From Octopus sinensis (lineage: Eukaryota), in NCBI RefSeq assembly GCF_006345805.1, contig NC_043011.1, positions 23,820,464-23,884,463 on the forward strand: DNA of 64,000 nucleotides, read 5' to 3'. This document shows positions 25,521-39,869 of the stretch, one piece after another. The position numbers and the translations under genes are program-made. Below the pieces are notes generated by a model. It was given only the letters and a program-made list of their open reading frames with translations, searched no databases and had not been told where the DNA came from. Each line of letters starts with the position of its first letter. The first letter of the stretch is position 1.

Positions 25521-26089
25521 TATATTGGTAAAAACGGTAAGATAACAAAAGAAAGAGACCTCAATATTATGTAAATAGAGGAAATTTATCTATTATATAT
25601 ATGTGTGTGTGTGTATGCATGTGTGTGTGTATGCATATGTATGTGTATACGTGTGTATGCATATGTCTGTGTGTTGCATATGTATGTGTATGCACATGTA
25701 TGTGTATACGTGTGTGTATGCATATGTATGTGTATACGTGTGTATGCATATGTATGTGTATACATGTGTATGCATATATATGTGTATGCATATATATGTG
25801 TGTATTTGTGTATGCATATGTATGTGTGTATTTGTGTATATATATGTATTTGTGTATGCATATGTATGTGTGTATATACATATATATATATATGTGTATA
25901 TATATTTATATATGTGTGTGTATATATGTGTATGAATTTCAGCCGACGTCGACTTTGGCTTTCATCCTTTCGGGGTCTATGAAATAAGTACCACTTACAC
26001 ACCGAGGTTGATGTAATCGAGTGGACCCCTTCCCCCACCCCCACCAAAGTTTCAGGCCTGTGCCTATAGTAGAAAAGACTATTGGGAGT

Positions 26090-27900
26090 AACTACATCAA
26101 GGGATGGAAGGTACAATTTCCTGTAACTCAGCAGACCAAATTGAAAAGGCGTTGCGTCGGAGGATGGCGAGTGAGATGTGCCGGAATAGCTACTCTGACT
26201 GACGGGCTTACGCTTGCAGATAGCCATCTTTGCCCCAATTGGTAGGAGGGGGGACATGGTTCGCGGGGAGCCAAGAATGCTAGAGGTCACCCCTAGATAG
26301 CCATCTTTGCCCCAATTGGTAGGAGGAGGGACATGGTTCGGGGGAGCCAAGAATGCTAGAGGTCACCCCTAGATAGCCATCTTTGCCCCAATTGGTAGGA
26401 GGAGGGACATGGTTCGGGGGAGCCAAGAATGCTAGAGGTCACCCCTAGATAGCCATCTTTGCCCCAATTGGTAGGAGGAGGACATGGTTCGGGGGAGCCA
26501 AGAAGCTAGAGGTCACCCCTAGATAGCCATCTTGCCCCAATTGGTAGGAGGAGGGACATGGTTCGGGGGAGCCAAGAATGCTAGAGGTCACCCTAGATAG
26601 CCATCTTTGCCCCAATTGGTAGGAGGAGGGACATGGTTCGGGGGAGCCAAGAATGCTAGAGGTCACCCCTAGATAGCCATCTTTGCCCCAATTGGTAGGA
26701 GGAGGGACAGGTTCGGGGGAGCCAAGAATGCTAGAGGTCACCCCTAGATAGCCCTCTTTGACCCCAATTGGTAGGAGGAGGGACATGGTTCGGGGGAGTG
26801 CAAGAATGCTAGAGGTCACCCCTAGATAGCCATTTTCCCCCAGTTGGTAGGAGGAGGGACATGGTTCGGGGGAGCCAAGAATGCTAAGGGTCACCCCTAG
26901 ATAGCCATCCATCTTTTGCCCCAATTGGTAGGAGGAGGGACATGGTTCGGGGGAGGTCAAGAATGCTAGAGGTCACCCCTAGATAGCCATCTTGGCCCCC
27001 ATTGGTAGGAGGAGGGACATGGTTCGGGGGAAGTTCAAGAATGCTAGAGGTCACCCTAGATAGCCATTTTTGCCCCAATTGGTAGGAGGAGGGACATGGT
27101 TCGGGGGAGTCAAAATGCTAGAGGTCACCCCTAGATAGCCATCTTTGCCCCAATTGGTAGGAGGAGGGACATGGTTCGGGGGAGCCAAGAATGCTAGAGG
27201 TCACCCCTAGATAGCCATCTTTGCCCCAATTGGTAGGAGGAGGGACATGGTTCGGGGGAGTCAAGAATGCTAGAGGTCACCCCTAGATAGCCATCTTTGC
27301 CCCAATTGGTAGGAGGAGGGACATGGTTCGGGGGAGCCAAGAATGCTAGAGGTCACCCCTAGATAGCCATCTTTGCCCCAATTGGTAGGAGGAGGGACAT
27401 GGTTCGGGGGAGCCAAGAATGCTAGAGGTCACCCCTAGATAGCCATCTTTGCCCCAATTGGTAGGAGGAGGGACATGGTTCGGGGGAGCCAAGAATGCTA
27501 GAGGTCACCCCTAGATAGCCATCTTTGCCCCAATTGGTAGGAGGAGGGACATGGTTCGGGGGGGAGCCAAGAATGCTAGAGGTCACCCCTAGATAGCCAT
27601 CTTTGCCCCAATTGGTAGGAGGAGGGACATGGTTCGGGGGGAGCAAGAATGCTAGAGGTCACCCCTAGATAGCCATCTTTGCCCTAATTGGTAGGAGGAG
27701 GGACATGGTTCGGGGGGGAGCCAAGAATGCTAGAGGTCACCCCATGTCACAGGCTTGGCCCTAAACCTGCCAGCTACCGGTAATTTGTCAGTTTGCTTTT
27801 TTCAGCCTGATGAGCGGCAGAGGTCTGGGTTGGTGACCCAGCACACCAAGTTGCCGTGGAATGGGAAAGTTGGCTTACCGTCATGACTTTGTGTTCCTTT
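26090..27900 (-). mobile_element. C-terminal RLE endonuclease relic of a CRE-like LINE, interrupted by a minisatellite
   Basis: Minus strand reads SAAHQAEKSKLTNYR*LA (AE..K..KY motif) before the array and LFRHISLAILRRNA (like QRISIAIQRGNA) after it. Confidence 0.55.
26218..27745. repeat. 76-bp GC-rich minisatellite, about 20 copies
   Basis: Unit tagatagccatctttgccccaattggtaggaggagggacatggttcgggggagccaagaatgctagaggtcacccc; period 26294 to 26370. Confidence 0.97.
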
Positions 27901-28169
27901 TTGATGGAATGTAACTTTATGGTTGGTTGAAGTTTTGGTGCCCACCAAACTCCCCCTAAAAACAAAACAAAAACCCAACGGTAGTGTATTTACTTATTAC
28001 GTTTGCAAATTCAAATATGCTTCCATTTGTGTGTATATGTGTGTGGTTATCTTTATGTCTTCTATTCCCCTGTTGAGGCGGTGAGCTGGCAGAATCTTTA
28101 GTATATTGGACAAAATGCTTATTTCTTCCGGCTGTTTGTTTTGAGCTTAACTCTTTAGTGCTCACATTA

Positions 28170-28740
28170 TTCTGTCAAAAGTAATTCTCATAACTACCTT
28201 CACAACCATGACCCAAGTAGATTCTGCCCCCACCAAGCCGCAGAAAGGAAGACCACCCAAAATCACGCCGGCAGTGAGAAAAGCACAACAGAGCGCAGGA
28301 GTGGCTGGACCATATCCACTCGGGACCCTGAGAACAACAATCAGGTGAAAAAAAAAAATGTTTGTGCATGCTATGGGAGCTAGCGTAAGAACCACATAGT
28401 GAAGTTTGACAGGAAACTTTACATGCAGATTCAAGGTGCAGCCATTAGTGTTGGTGTGACTGGAGATGAAGTCAATCTCTTCATGACCTGGTGAAATAGA
28501 AAACTTAATTCCTAGCTGTATTGCTTTACTGTAGGTATGTAGATGACATTAATATTGTAGTTAGGACAAACCCTAATAAATGTCTAGAAACCGAGAGGTG
28601 CATAATGGAGAGCATCCAGCATGTAGCTAACTCCATCCACCAAAGTTTCAAGGTAACTATAGATTACCCCACTAGGCACCCTAATAATAGACTCCCTGTC
28701 TTTGATACTAAAGGTTAGAGACTGTAAATAACAGAGTGCA
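28170..28740 (+). pseudogene. PLE RT fragment of a second family
   Basis: KGRPPKIT, GKLYMQIQGAAISVGVTG, YCRYVDDINI and VTIDYP..HPNNRLPVFD. Confidence 0.7.
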
Positions 28741-28774
28741 ACTCCTCTACTCCTGTTACAGGGAGCTAAACCAG

Positions 28775-31134
28775 CATATATCGTGTCACACGGGAGGTGA
28801 GGCGACAGACGTTTGTGGCGAGACGTTATGTGCGTGGAGACAGTCGACCGAGGCAGCGACGATTGTCGACTTGAAATCGACATACTTGCAGCTCCATGTG
28901 AGCGACAAACTGTGGCGATATCAGCTGTGCGGTACAAAGGCCGGACGTACTGTTTAACCAGGCTGGGTTTCGGGCTGAATTCCGCTCCGAAGATCATGGC
29001 GGCAGTGCTTAAGTCCGTCCTAGGGAAAGACGGCAAGATTAGAAAGGCCACCAGCTCCTACATTGACGACATTTTGGTGGACGAAACTGTAGTGCCAGTC
29101 AACGAGGTAGTTAGACATCTGGAGAAGTTCGGACTGATTGCGAAGCCACCGAAGTCGATGGAAGGGGGAGCCGAGCTGGGGCTGAAGCTGCGAAGAGATA
29201 GATCGGTTGAACTGGTGTTCCGGAGAGGGAATGAAATCCCAGAGCTGAGTTCCAGCGTCAGCAGGAGAGAGCTGCTCTCAGTGTGTGGGATGTTGGTCGG
29301 TCACTACCCGATCGCTGGATGGCTGCGCACGGCGTGTAGTTACACCAAGAGACGAGCAGAGGGGGAGAGTTGGGGCGACAAGGTGGGAGAAGGGACGGTG
29401 GTGATGATGCAGGAAATCCTAGAGAGGACGAGAGCGGAAGACCCGGTCAGGGGGGACTGGTACGTGCCCAAGACGGAATGCGGGACCGTCTGGTGTGATG
29501 CTAGCAGTATAGCGATAGGGGTTGTGTTGGCAATCGAAGGTGCTGCGGTGGAGGACGCGGCCTGGCTTCGGAAAGCAGATGTTTTCAACCACATCAATGT
29601 CACCGAATTAGACGCGGTGCTGAAAGGGGTAAACTTGGCCCAGAAATGGGGGCTGCGCACAATTGAAATCCGGACGGATTCGGCCACTGTGCTTGGCTGG
29701 GTAGGATCGGTGATCACCGGTGAAAGGAGAGTGCGGACGAAAGGTGCAGCGGAGATGTTAGTGAAGCGCCGTCTAGGAGTTCTAGGTGAATTGATCGCCG
29801 AGTTCGGACTGAAGCTGAATGTGGTTTTCGTGCCTTCGGAGAAAAACAGGGCGGACGCACTGACCAGGGTGAAAAGAGCGTGGTTGGAAGAACCGGAGGA
29901 GGCCCGGAAAGGGATAGCTGCGGCGTGTCGGTTGGATGACTCCGAACTGAAGAGACTGCATGCTATGCATCACCTGGGTGTGGACAGGACCCTGTATCTG
30001 GCGAAGAAAATTGATGCTGACGTCACTAGGAGAAGCGTCCGGAAGCTGCGACAGATGTCAGTCCATCGACCCTACTCCGTGTGGGCATGAACAGGGAAGC
30101 CTTTCGGTGGAGCAGAACTGGAAAAGGCTAGCTGTGGATGTGACACACTACCGTCAGGGAATGTAGCTATCCATGGTCGACTGCGGGCCAGGCCGGCTGG
30201 CCATTTGGAGGGAGTTGAGAACGGGCATTGCTGACGAGATCGCGCAGATCCTGAACGGGATATTTTTAGAGAGAGGTCCCGTGGAAGAACTACTGATGGA
30301 CAACGGGGCGGCGTTTCGTTCGGAAGCATTGAGGGTTATGCTTGATCGGTGGAATGTGCGTCGCTTGTTCAGAGCAGCGTATAGGCCGAGCGGTAACGGG
30401 ATCGTGGAGAGGCACCATCGGACAGTCAAGGCCATAGCGGAAAGAGGGCACATTTCGCCGCTTGAAGCAGTTTTTTGGTACAACTTGTCTCCCCGATCCG
30501 GACAAGCTGAGGAATCTGTGCCGCAGTGAGCTGTGTTCAAATATGAATGGAGGCACCCGAGCAAAGCGCCGGAGGGTCACGAGGAAGAGAAGGGACCCGT
30601 TCGCGTGAAAATAGGAAGTCTGGGTTAAGCCACCAAAGGCGCGCTGTACGTCTCAATGGAGCAGAGGAAACAACGTATCCGTGGATGAAATGCCGCGACA
30701 CGTCTTGGACCTTCGCAGGATTGTCGCTTCGACGGACAACGATTCTGGAGAGGGAGAGAACGAGGTGCCCAGCTTGAGAAGACCTCGACGCGCAAGACGC
30801 CCTCCCAGTTGGATGGTGGACTACGACATGGAGTGGAGAGATTGTGATCTTTAAGATCAGGGTGGCGTGTGGGATGACGTTAGCAGTTGGGTGCGTTGAC
30901 CGGACGTTGGGGCAACCGGAAGACGTGCGCAGGGAGCGGGGATTTCGGCCTTTCCAACGAGGGTCGTCGAGGTGTTAAGACGTGTGAAGACGTTGCTAAG
31001 GCTGGATGAAGCAGCTGCTATCTTTAGCGTTCGGGTCGGGGTTGTGACGAAGGATCCGTTACCACTGAAGGGTCTCTATCAGAGCGAAGAGAAGGTAGGT
31101 GCCTTTATATATCGACTATCTCGCACACACTACA
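28775..31134 (+). mobile_element. 5'-truncated Gypsy-like LTR retrotransposon (RT, RNase H, integrase, putative 3' LTR 30868-31134)
   Basis: YCLTRLGFGLNSAPKIM, SYIDDILV, WCDASS...HINVTELDAV, HHLG..RT, C..CQSID, MDNGAAF and GNGIVERHHR. A purine-rich tract precedes TGT...ACA; no 5' LTR is visible. Confidence 0.88.
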
Positions 31135-31239
31135 GATACAAAAACAAAGTAATTCTCATTTATTCACATACATATGGGGTCGGCCCCATATGCGTGCGTT
31201 GTGTTGTTTGTGTGTTGTGTGTGTGAGCGTGCTGCGTGT

Positions 31240-34200
31240 GTGTGCGTGCGTATGTATACATACACACATGCATGCCCGTGCGCACACCTACATACCTACA
31301 TACTTACACTTACACACACTTACACACATACATACACACACACATACACACACATACATACCTACACACACACACATACACACACATACATACATACACA
31401 CACATACATACATAAGACATACATACACACAGACATACACCCTTACACACTCACACTCACACACATTCACACACACCCCATATACACGCACACGCACACA
31501 CACAACACCTCACTCCCACATACATATATACGCACCTACACGCACACAGCATACACACACACACGCATACATACACACATTACATACGTACACACACACC
31601 TTACATACATTCATACACACATACACTACATACATTCATACCTTCACTCATACATACATACACACACACACACAACATACACAGAGGACACACCCTTTAC
31701 TACATACACACATACACCTATACACACACGCCTACACACAACATACACGCATACATACACACACACACATACACACACATATACGCACTTACACATATAC
31801 TTACACACATACGCACATGCATGCTTGCACGCATACATACACACACATACACGCATACATACATACACACACACACGCATGCACACATACATACATCACA
31901 CATACATACATACTTACACACACACACACACTTCCACAACATACACACATACATACACACACACATACATACATACATACACCCATACACATACACATAT
32001 ACACACCCACATACTTACATACTCTCATACGGACACGCATACACACAGACATACACCCTTACACTCACACTCACACACATTCACACACACCCACATATAC
32101 ACGCACACGCACACACACACACACCTACACTCCCACATACATATATACGCACCTACACGCACACGCATACACACACACACGCATACATACACACATTACA
32201 TACGTACACACACACACTTACATACATTCATACACACATACACTTACATACATTCATACCTTCACTCATACATACATACATACACACACACAAACATACA
32301 CAGACACACACCTTTACATACATACACACATACACCTATACACACACGCCTACACACATACATACACGCATACATACACACACACACATACACACACATA
32401 TACGCACTTACACATATACTTACACACATACGCACATGCATGCTTGCACGCATACATACACACACATACACGCATACATACATACACACACACACGCATG
32501 CACACATACATACACACACATACATACATACACACACACACACACTTCCACACATACACACATACATACACACACACACATACATACATACATACACCCA
32601 TACACATACACATATACACACACACATACTTACATACTCTCATACGGACACGCATACACACAGACATACACACATACACACTCACACATACATACACACA
32701 CACATACTTACACACACACTCGCCTGCACGCGCACACACATGCATGACATACACACATACACACACACCAACATATACACGCACACGCACACGCACACAC
32801 ACACACACCTACACTCCCACACACATACATACGCACCTACATACACACACACACGCATACATACATACACACACACGCATACATACATACATTACATACG
32901 TACACACACACACTTACATACATTCATACCTTCACTCATACATACATACATACATACATACACACACACACAAACATACACAGACACACACCCATACATA
33001 CATACACACATACACCTATACACACACGCCTACACACCTACATACACACACATGCATACACACACACATATACGCACATACATATATACTTGCACACATG
33101 CACACATATACATACGCACATGCATGCAGGCATGCACACGTACACACACCTACACGCATGTATGCATACACACACACACACGCACGTACACATACATACA
33201 TACATACACACATACATACATACATACATACACACACACACTTCCACACATACACATACACACACATACATACACACATACATACATACACTCATACACA
33301 CATGCACACACATACTTACATACACTCATACGGACACATATACACAGACATACACACCTACACACTCACACATACATGCACACACATACTTACACACACA
33401 CTCACATGCACGCGCACACACATGCACATACACACACTTCCACACATACACACATACATACATACACACTCACACACATACACACACATACATACATACA
33501 CCTATACACACACACATATACACACACACATACTTACATACATTCATACGGACACACAGACACACAGACATACATCCCATACACACTCACACATACACAC
33601 ACATACACACATACATACATACACACTCACAACATACACACACATACTACATACACCTATACACACACACATATACACACAACATACTTACATACATTCA
33701 TACGGACACAAAGACACAAGACAGACCACCACTACACACTCACACATACACACACACACACACACATACTTACACACACGCTCGCATGCACGCGCACACA
33801 CATGCATGCACCACGCCTGTGGGTTCTGGCTAAATCTCGGGTTCGTGTCTGGGGCCGGCGTGTTCTTGGGTTTCTCTTACGCCTGTCCACCGCGGGAGTA
33901 TTTTCCCATCATTCCGTCAGTTGCAAATTGTTTCCTTGCATGCATATACACACCACACAAAACATATAAACAACACATATAATACCCCTACTTTTTGTAC
34001 ACACACGCACACACATACAAACATTCACTCCCACGCACTCACACACACACACATTTACATATATATATATATATATAAATACACGCACACACACTTACAC
34101 TCGTACAAACACAACAAATTCACATGCACACGGCACATACACACACCCACCCAACATATACTCCACGCCCCGCACGCACACATACACATACGTACACACA

Positions 34201-35660
34201 TATAAGCACAGACACACAATACATACATACACCTATACACCACACACATATACACACACACATACTTACATACATTCATACGGACACACAGACACACAGA
34301 CATACACCCATACACACTCACACATACACACACATACACACATACATACATACACACTCACACACATACACACACATACATACATACACCTATACACACA
34401 CACATATACACACACACATACTTACATACATTCATACGGACACACAGACACACCAGACATACACCCAACACACTCACACATACACACACACACACACACA
34501 TTACTTACCACCACCGCTCGCATGCACGCGCACACCATGCATGCACCACCGCCTGGGGTTCTGGCTAAATCTCGGGTTCGTGTCTGGGGCCGGCGTGTTC
34601 TTGGGTTTCTCTTACGCCTGTCACCGCGGGAGTATTTTCCCATCATTCCGTCAGTTGCAAATTGTTTCCTTGCATGCATATATACACACACACATAAACA
34701 TATAAACACACATATAATACCCCTACTTTTTGTACACACACGCACACACATACATACATTCACTCCCACGCACTCACACACACACATTTACATATATATA
34801 TATATATATATACAATACACGCACACACACTTACACTCGTACAAACACACACAAATTCACATGCACACCGGCACATACACACACCCAACATATACCTCCA
34901 CGCGCACGCACACATACACATACGTACACACATATAAGCACAGACACACACATACATACGCACACCTAAACATGCGCACACACGCGCACGCACACATACA
35001 TACATGCACACAAGTATACATATAAGCACACACACACGCCTACACATACACTCTGTTAAGCAAAGTTACTCGCCATACACACAAAAAAAACGCACACGTA
35101 CACACACATACTACAACAAAACACACACACGGGACGTACACACGCACGCACACATTCCCCTTCTTCCTCCTTTTGCTACTGACCTGTGACTGCTACGTCC
35201 ACTAGCCTTCGCCCAACATACACACACATACACACAGACGCACGCACTAATAAACACACACTCTGTCATCCCGCACACCGCCACTACCGCTGCTTGCCAC
35301 TAGCCGTCGCCTAACATATACATACATACACACACACGCACACACTCACATACACACACTCTTCATCTCACTCATTGTGTTTTTACCTTCCTTCTTTTTC
35401 CGCTCTCCTGTCTTTCAAAACCTGTCCCCTCTCGTCTACGACTTCCGCTTCTCAGTATGTTTACCTCGTGAAGACCACTCGCGTTTTTTTCCCTCTGTCC
35501 TCCCACCTCGGGATCTTTCTTTCTCTTATGTTTCCGACGAAGAGCTCCGCTCGAAACGTCATACCCTCCTTCTTCCCTTTTTTCCTGAGCGTCTAATAAT
35601 ACTTTAATTGTTCCACCTTTTGCGTTGTTGTCTTTTTTGTTTTCTTGTTTGGATTAACTT
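31240..35660 (+). repeat. CA-rich higher-order repeat plus the 3' region and pseudo-LTR of the 6833-11479 PLE family
   Basis: Landmarks recur every ~620-670 bp. 34680-35200 is homologous to 10600-11000. A duplicated unique block lies at 33820-33950 and 34555-34680; pseudo-LTR at 35440-35660. Confidence 0.8.
35530..35564 (+). ncRNA. Hammerhead motif in a third pseudo-LTR copy (CCGACGA core, GUC triplet)
   Basis: GUUU-CCGACGA-A-GAGC(ucc)GCUC-GAAA-C-GUC-AUAC. Stem I has one U-U mismatch. Confidence 0.55.
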
Positions 35661-35669
35661 TATATATAT

Positions 35670-35961
35670 ATATATAATTTATTATATAGAAGGAGCTTCT
35701 ACAGGACTAGAACTGTTTCATTCAAGAGAAATCTTCAGGAAGCTAGTTAACAAGAATTGTATTGGCATTTATACATTTAGGCAGGTTTAAAGGGGTGTTG
35801 GTGGGGGACTTTTTGGGGGTAGGCATAGCGCAAAAAATCATACTTGGGGGAGTGGTCAAGGAGTCAGTGTTAAATTAGATAGGAGAATAAAAAAAAAAAA
35901 AAAAAAAAAATAAAAAAAAATAAAAAATAAAAAAAAATAAAAAATAAAAAAAATAAAAAAA

Positions 35962-35993
<32 letters not shown>

Positions 35994-36670
35994 TATAAAG
36001 GGGGAATAGAGTTTTAGGTAAATAAGGAGATTCTCACTTATACCTCTGCCACATATGTATACTATATATACACACGCATACAAACATATATACATATACA
36101 TACACACATACATACACACACATATATATATTATAATATATATATATATATATACACATATATATACACTCACACATACATATACATATCTATGTATCAT
36201 ATGTATGTATGTGTGAGTGTATATATATGGTATATATATATATATATATATTGTGGTGTATGTAGATGTATGTGTATGTATTGTATATATGTTTGTATGC
36301 GTGTGTATATATGTATACATATGTGCAGAGGTATAAGTGAGAATCTCCTTATTTACCTAAAAACTCTATTCCCCCCTTTATATATTATATATATATATAT
36401 ATAATATATATTTTTTATTATATTATTATTATTTTTTAAATTTTTTTTTTTATTTATTCTCCTATCTAATTTTAACACTGACTCCTTGACACTCCCCCAA
36501 GTAGATTTTTTGCGCTATGCCTACCCCCAAAAAAGTCCCCCACCACACCCCCTTTTAAACCTGCCTAAATGTATAAAGCCAATACAATTCTTGTTAAACT
36601 AGCTTCCTGAAGATTTCTCTTGAATGAAACAGTTCTAGTCTGTAGAAGCTCCTTCTATATAATAAATTAA
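35670..36670. repeat. About 1-kb foldback (inverted repeat), centre near 36190
   Basis: gaaggagcttctac...gagattctcacttatacctctg is mirrored by cagaggtataagtgagaatctc...gtagaagctccttc. Confidence 0.9.
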
Positions 36671-36738
36671 TTTTATCTGCTATGTATTGAGTACCTTATT
36701 TACTGGTGGTTAACACCCGAATCAACCCGGGACACCTA

Positions 36739-36773
<35 letters not shown>

Positions 36774-36792
36774 ATATATTATATAGATATAT

Positions 36793-36847
<55 letters not shown>

Positions 36848-36929
36848 TATATTATATCTATATAATATATATATATACATATATATATTATATATATATA
36901 TATATAATATATATACAATATATATATAT

Positions 36930-37006
<77 letters not shown>

Positions 37007-37028
37007 ATATATATAATAATATAATATA

Positions 37029-39280
37029 TCTCTTATCTTATGATAAAAGGCAGATTTCGCTGCAGCCGTACACGTCTATACAAGAGGGAGGACAAGATCC
37101 AATTGATCGAAATTGCAAGAGACGGGCCTACAATTCCAGTCTGTTATATATTTTGAGTATTGTTATCACTAGCGATATCAACATATAACTTTGTATTTTC
37201 TATTTTATGTGTAGATGTATATATATATATAGATGTACGTGTAATATGTACACATATATACATGCATAATATATCTACCCATACACACATACGCACATAC
37301 ACACACACATACATAGGGGCAGGTGTGGCTGTGTGGTAACAAACTACGTTCCAAACACATGGTCCTGGGTTCAGTCCACTGTGTGGTGATTGGCATGTGT
37401 CTTCTGCTGTAGCTTCAGACCAACAAAAGCCTTCTCAGTGGATTTTGTACATATACAGGCATACATACATATATATACATGCATACGTACATATTCGGCA
37501 TAAGCACTCTACCACTACACTAATAAAACTATTGGGAACATTTTCAAACCTACCTTACATTCGAACCGGAATCTCAAAAACATTGTCCCCTTCAGCGCCA
37601 AGCTCAACTGCTCTATCCTGACATGGAGGGTATCAGCAATGAAATCTATAACAAAAACACTCATTGACGTTGAAGACAGAATTGCTAAACTGGGTGAAAT
37701 GAATTGTCGACGTATGGCCTGCCGCAAGCATTCAGGTCAGGGTCCAAATAGCCCCTCCCACTGCTGTCATTCGTGAAACAACCTACGACACCCAGCGCTT
37801 TCAAAGTACATTGTTGAAAATGAGCCTAAATTACTTCCGGACCAACTGCAGGCCTACAGAACTATTCTTAACAGTGTACGCCAACGCGAGGGACGAATCT
37901 TCTTCCTCGATGCTCCTGGAGGGACAGGAAAAACATTTATTACAAAGCTTCTCCTTGCAGAAGTTAGGTAGCATCAGGACATTGCAGTAGCTGTAGCCTC
38001 CTCTGGCATTGCAGCTACTTTGTTACCAGGTGGCAGGACAGCACACTCAACTTTTAAACTCCCTCTCAATTTAGTAGCATCCTAAATGCCTTCATGCAAC
38101 ATCAACAAAAGCTCAGATCAGGGACAAGTACTTAAAATGTGTTATGTAATTGTCTGGGATGAGTGCACTATGGCTCACAAGGGAGCTTTGGAAGCATTAG
38201 ATAGAGCCCTGAAAGACATCCGAGACTGTCAGGCTCCAATGGGAGGTGTAACGCTTCTGTTGTCAGGTGATTTCAGCCAAACTCTTCCTGTCATTCCGAA
38301 AGGCACTAGAGCTGATGAAGTTCAAGCATGCCTAAAGTCCTCTACCCTGTGGCATCATGTTACAATCTTTAGTCTCACCACTAACATGAGAGCTCAGCTA
38401 CACGGCGACAAAATGTCCACAAGGTTTGCACAGGACATTTTGACACTTGGTGAAGGCAAGATGCCTCTCGATGCTGCAGGACAAATGGAAGTGTGGTCAT
38501 TTTCCTCTGTTGTTAATTCTGTAGATGACCTCAAAAACAAAGTCTTTCCCAACTTCACACAAAACTAACAAAATCACAATTGGCTGTGTGAAAGAGCAAT
38601 ATTAGCTCCAGAAAACGTCGCTGTTAACAAAATTAATCAACAGCTAATGCATTCTCTTCCCGGCACCATACACACTTACAAGTCTGTTGATACAATTCCA
38701 GATATAAATGAAGTTGTGAACTATCCTCCTGAATTTCTCAATTCACTGGAGCCTCCTCGACTACCTCTACACATATTACCACTTAAAGTTGGAACTCCTG
38801 TAATGCTACTCCGCAATCTGGAACCACGAAGACTTTGCAATGGAACACGACTGGTGATAAAGAAAATGATATCACACGTTATTGAGGCGATCATTCTTTC
38901 TGGATGTGGAAAAGGTAATGACGTCTTTATTCCAAGATTTCCTCTTACTCCATCAGGAGCAGAAATTCCATTTACATTCAGAAGACTGCAATTCCCCCTT
39001 CGTGTCAGCTTTGCCATGTCCATTAACAAATCTCAGGGTCAAACCCTCTCTGTAGCTGGTCTTCTCTTGGAAGAGCCCTGCTTCTCGCATAGGCAACAGT
39101 ATGTTGGCTGCTCAAGAGTAGGAACCAAAAGAAACCTTTTTGTATATGCTCCACAAGGGGAAACAAGGAACATTGTTTACAACGAGGTGTTATAACCTCA
39201 ACAGCCAGGAGGTATATACATGATCCCCTTTTTTTAACAAACTTCATGTACTTTCATGTATTTATATTAATATACATATA

Positions 39281-39317
<37 letters not shown>

Positions 39318-39389
39318 CCATATATATATATAACAGAAAAGTCTAATTCTTCTATGAATGTAACCGGGCAACGCCGGGCATCTCTGCTA

Positions 39390-39390
<1 letters not shown>
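37029..39390 (+). mobile_element. Helitron with PIF1 helicase but no Rep domain
   Basis: The A|TCTCTTATC..ATAAAAGGCAGATTT start resembles 4454; ends CCGGGCAACGCCGGGCATCTCTGCTAG|T; embedded in (TA)n. Confidence 0.9.
37800..39195 (+). pseudogene. Helitron PIF1-like helicase, with stops
   Basis: FLDAPGGTGKT, ASSGIAATLLPGGRTAHS, WDECTM, SGDFSQTLPVI, LCNGTRL, QFPLRVSFAMSINKSQGQTL and YVGCSRV. Confidence 0.92.
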
Positions 39391-39449
<59 letters not shown>

Positions 39450-39869
39450 GTGTGTATATATATTCGTGTGTCTACGTTTGTCCCCCCAACATCGCTTGAC
39501 AACCGATGCTGGTGTGTTTATGTCCCCGTAACTTAGCAGTTGGGCAAAAGAGACCGATATAATAAGTACTAGGCTTACAAAGAATAAGTCCTTGGGTTGA
39601 TTTGCTCGAATACATGCGGTGTTCCAGTATGGCCACAGTCAAATGACTGAAACAAGTAAAAGAGTAACTATTAATTTTTAGAAAGACATTGGTGATGGTT
39701 GGTTGATATCTTGAAATCTAGATGCGGTGATGAAAAATAGATTAGATTTTTGGATTCAGTATATCAAGAAACCTTCAGATGAAGTCAAATTGTCCTGACG
39801 ACAAAATATCTGTTCTAACATAATCACAAATTTGTACATTTTTCTGAGTGGTACGGAATAATCGAAGTA

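Noticed and set aside
26218-27745. CRISPR-like array
   Set aside because: Contiguous units with no unique spacers, no cas genes, and eukaryotic context.
27806-27865. CTGATGAG-CGGCA...TGCCG hammerhead-like start
   Set aside because: No GAAA right after the stem, and the region is better explained as antisense RLE coding sequence.
31174-33982. 930-931-aa His/Thr/Tyr-rich ORFs
   Set aside because: Translations of CA/CATA microsatellite, which is stop-free by composition. No coding signature.
36600-36640. Hammerhead-like CTGAAGA...GAAACAGTT in the foldback arm
   Set aside because: Stem I does not pair next to the core and stem II opens with U-U. At best a decayed relic.
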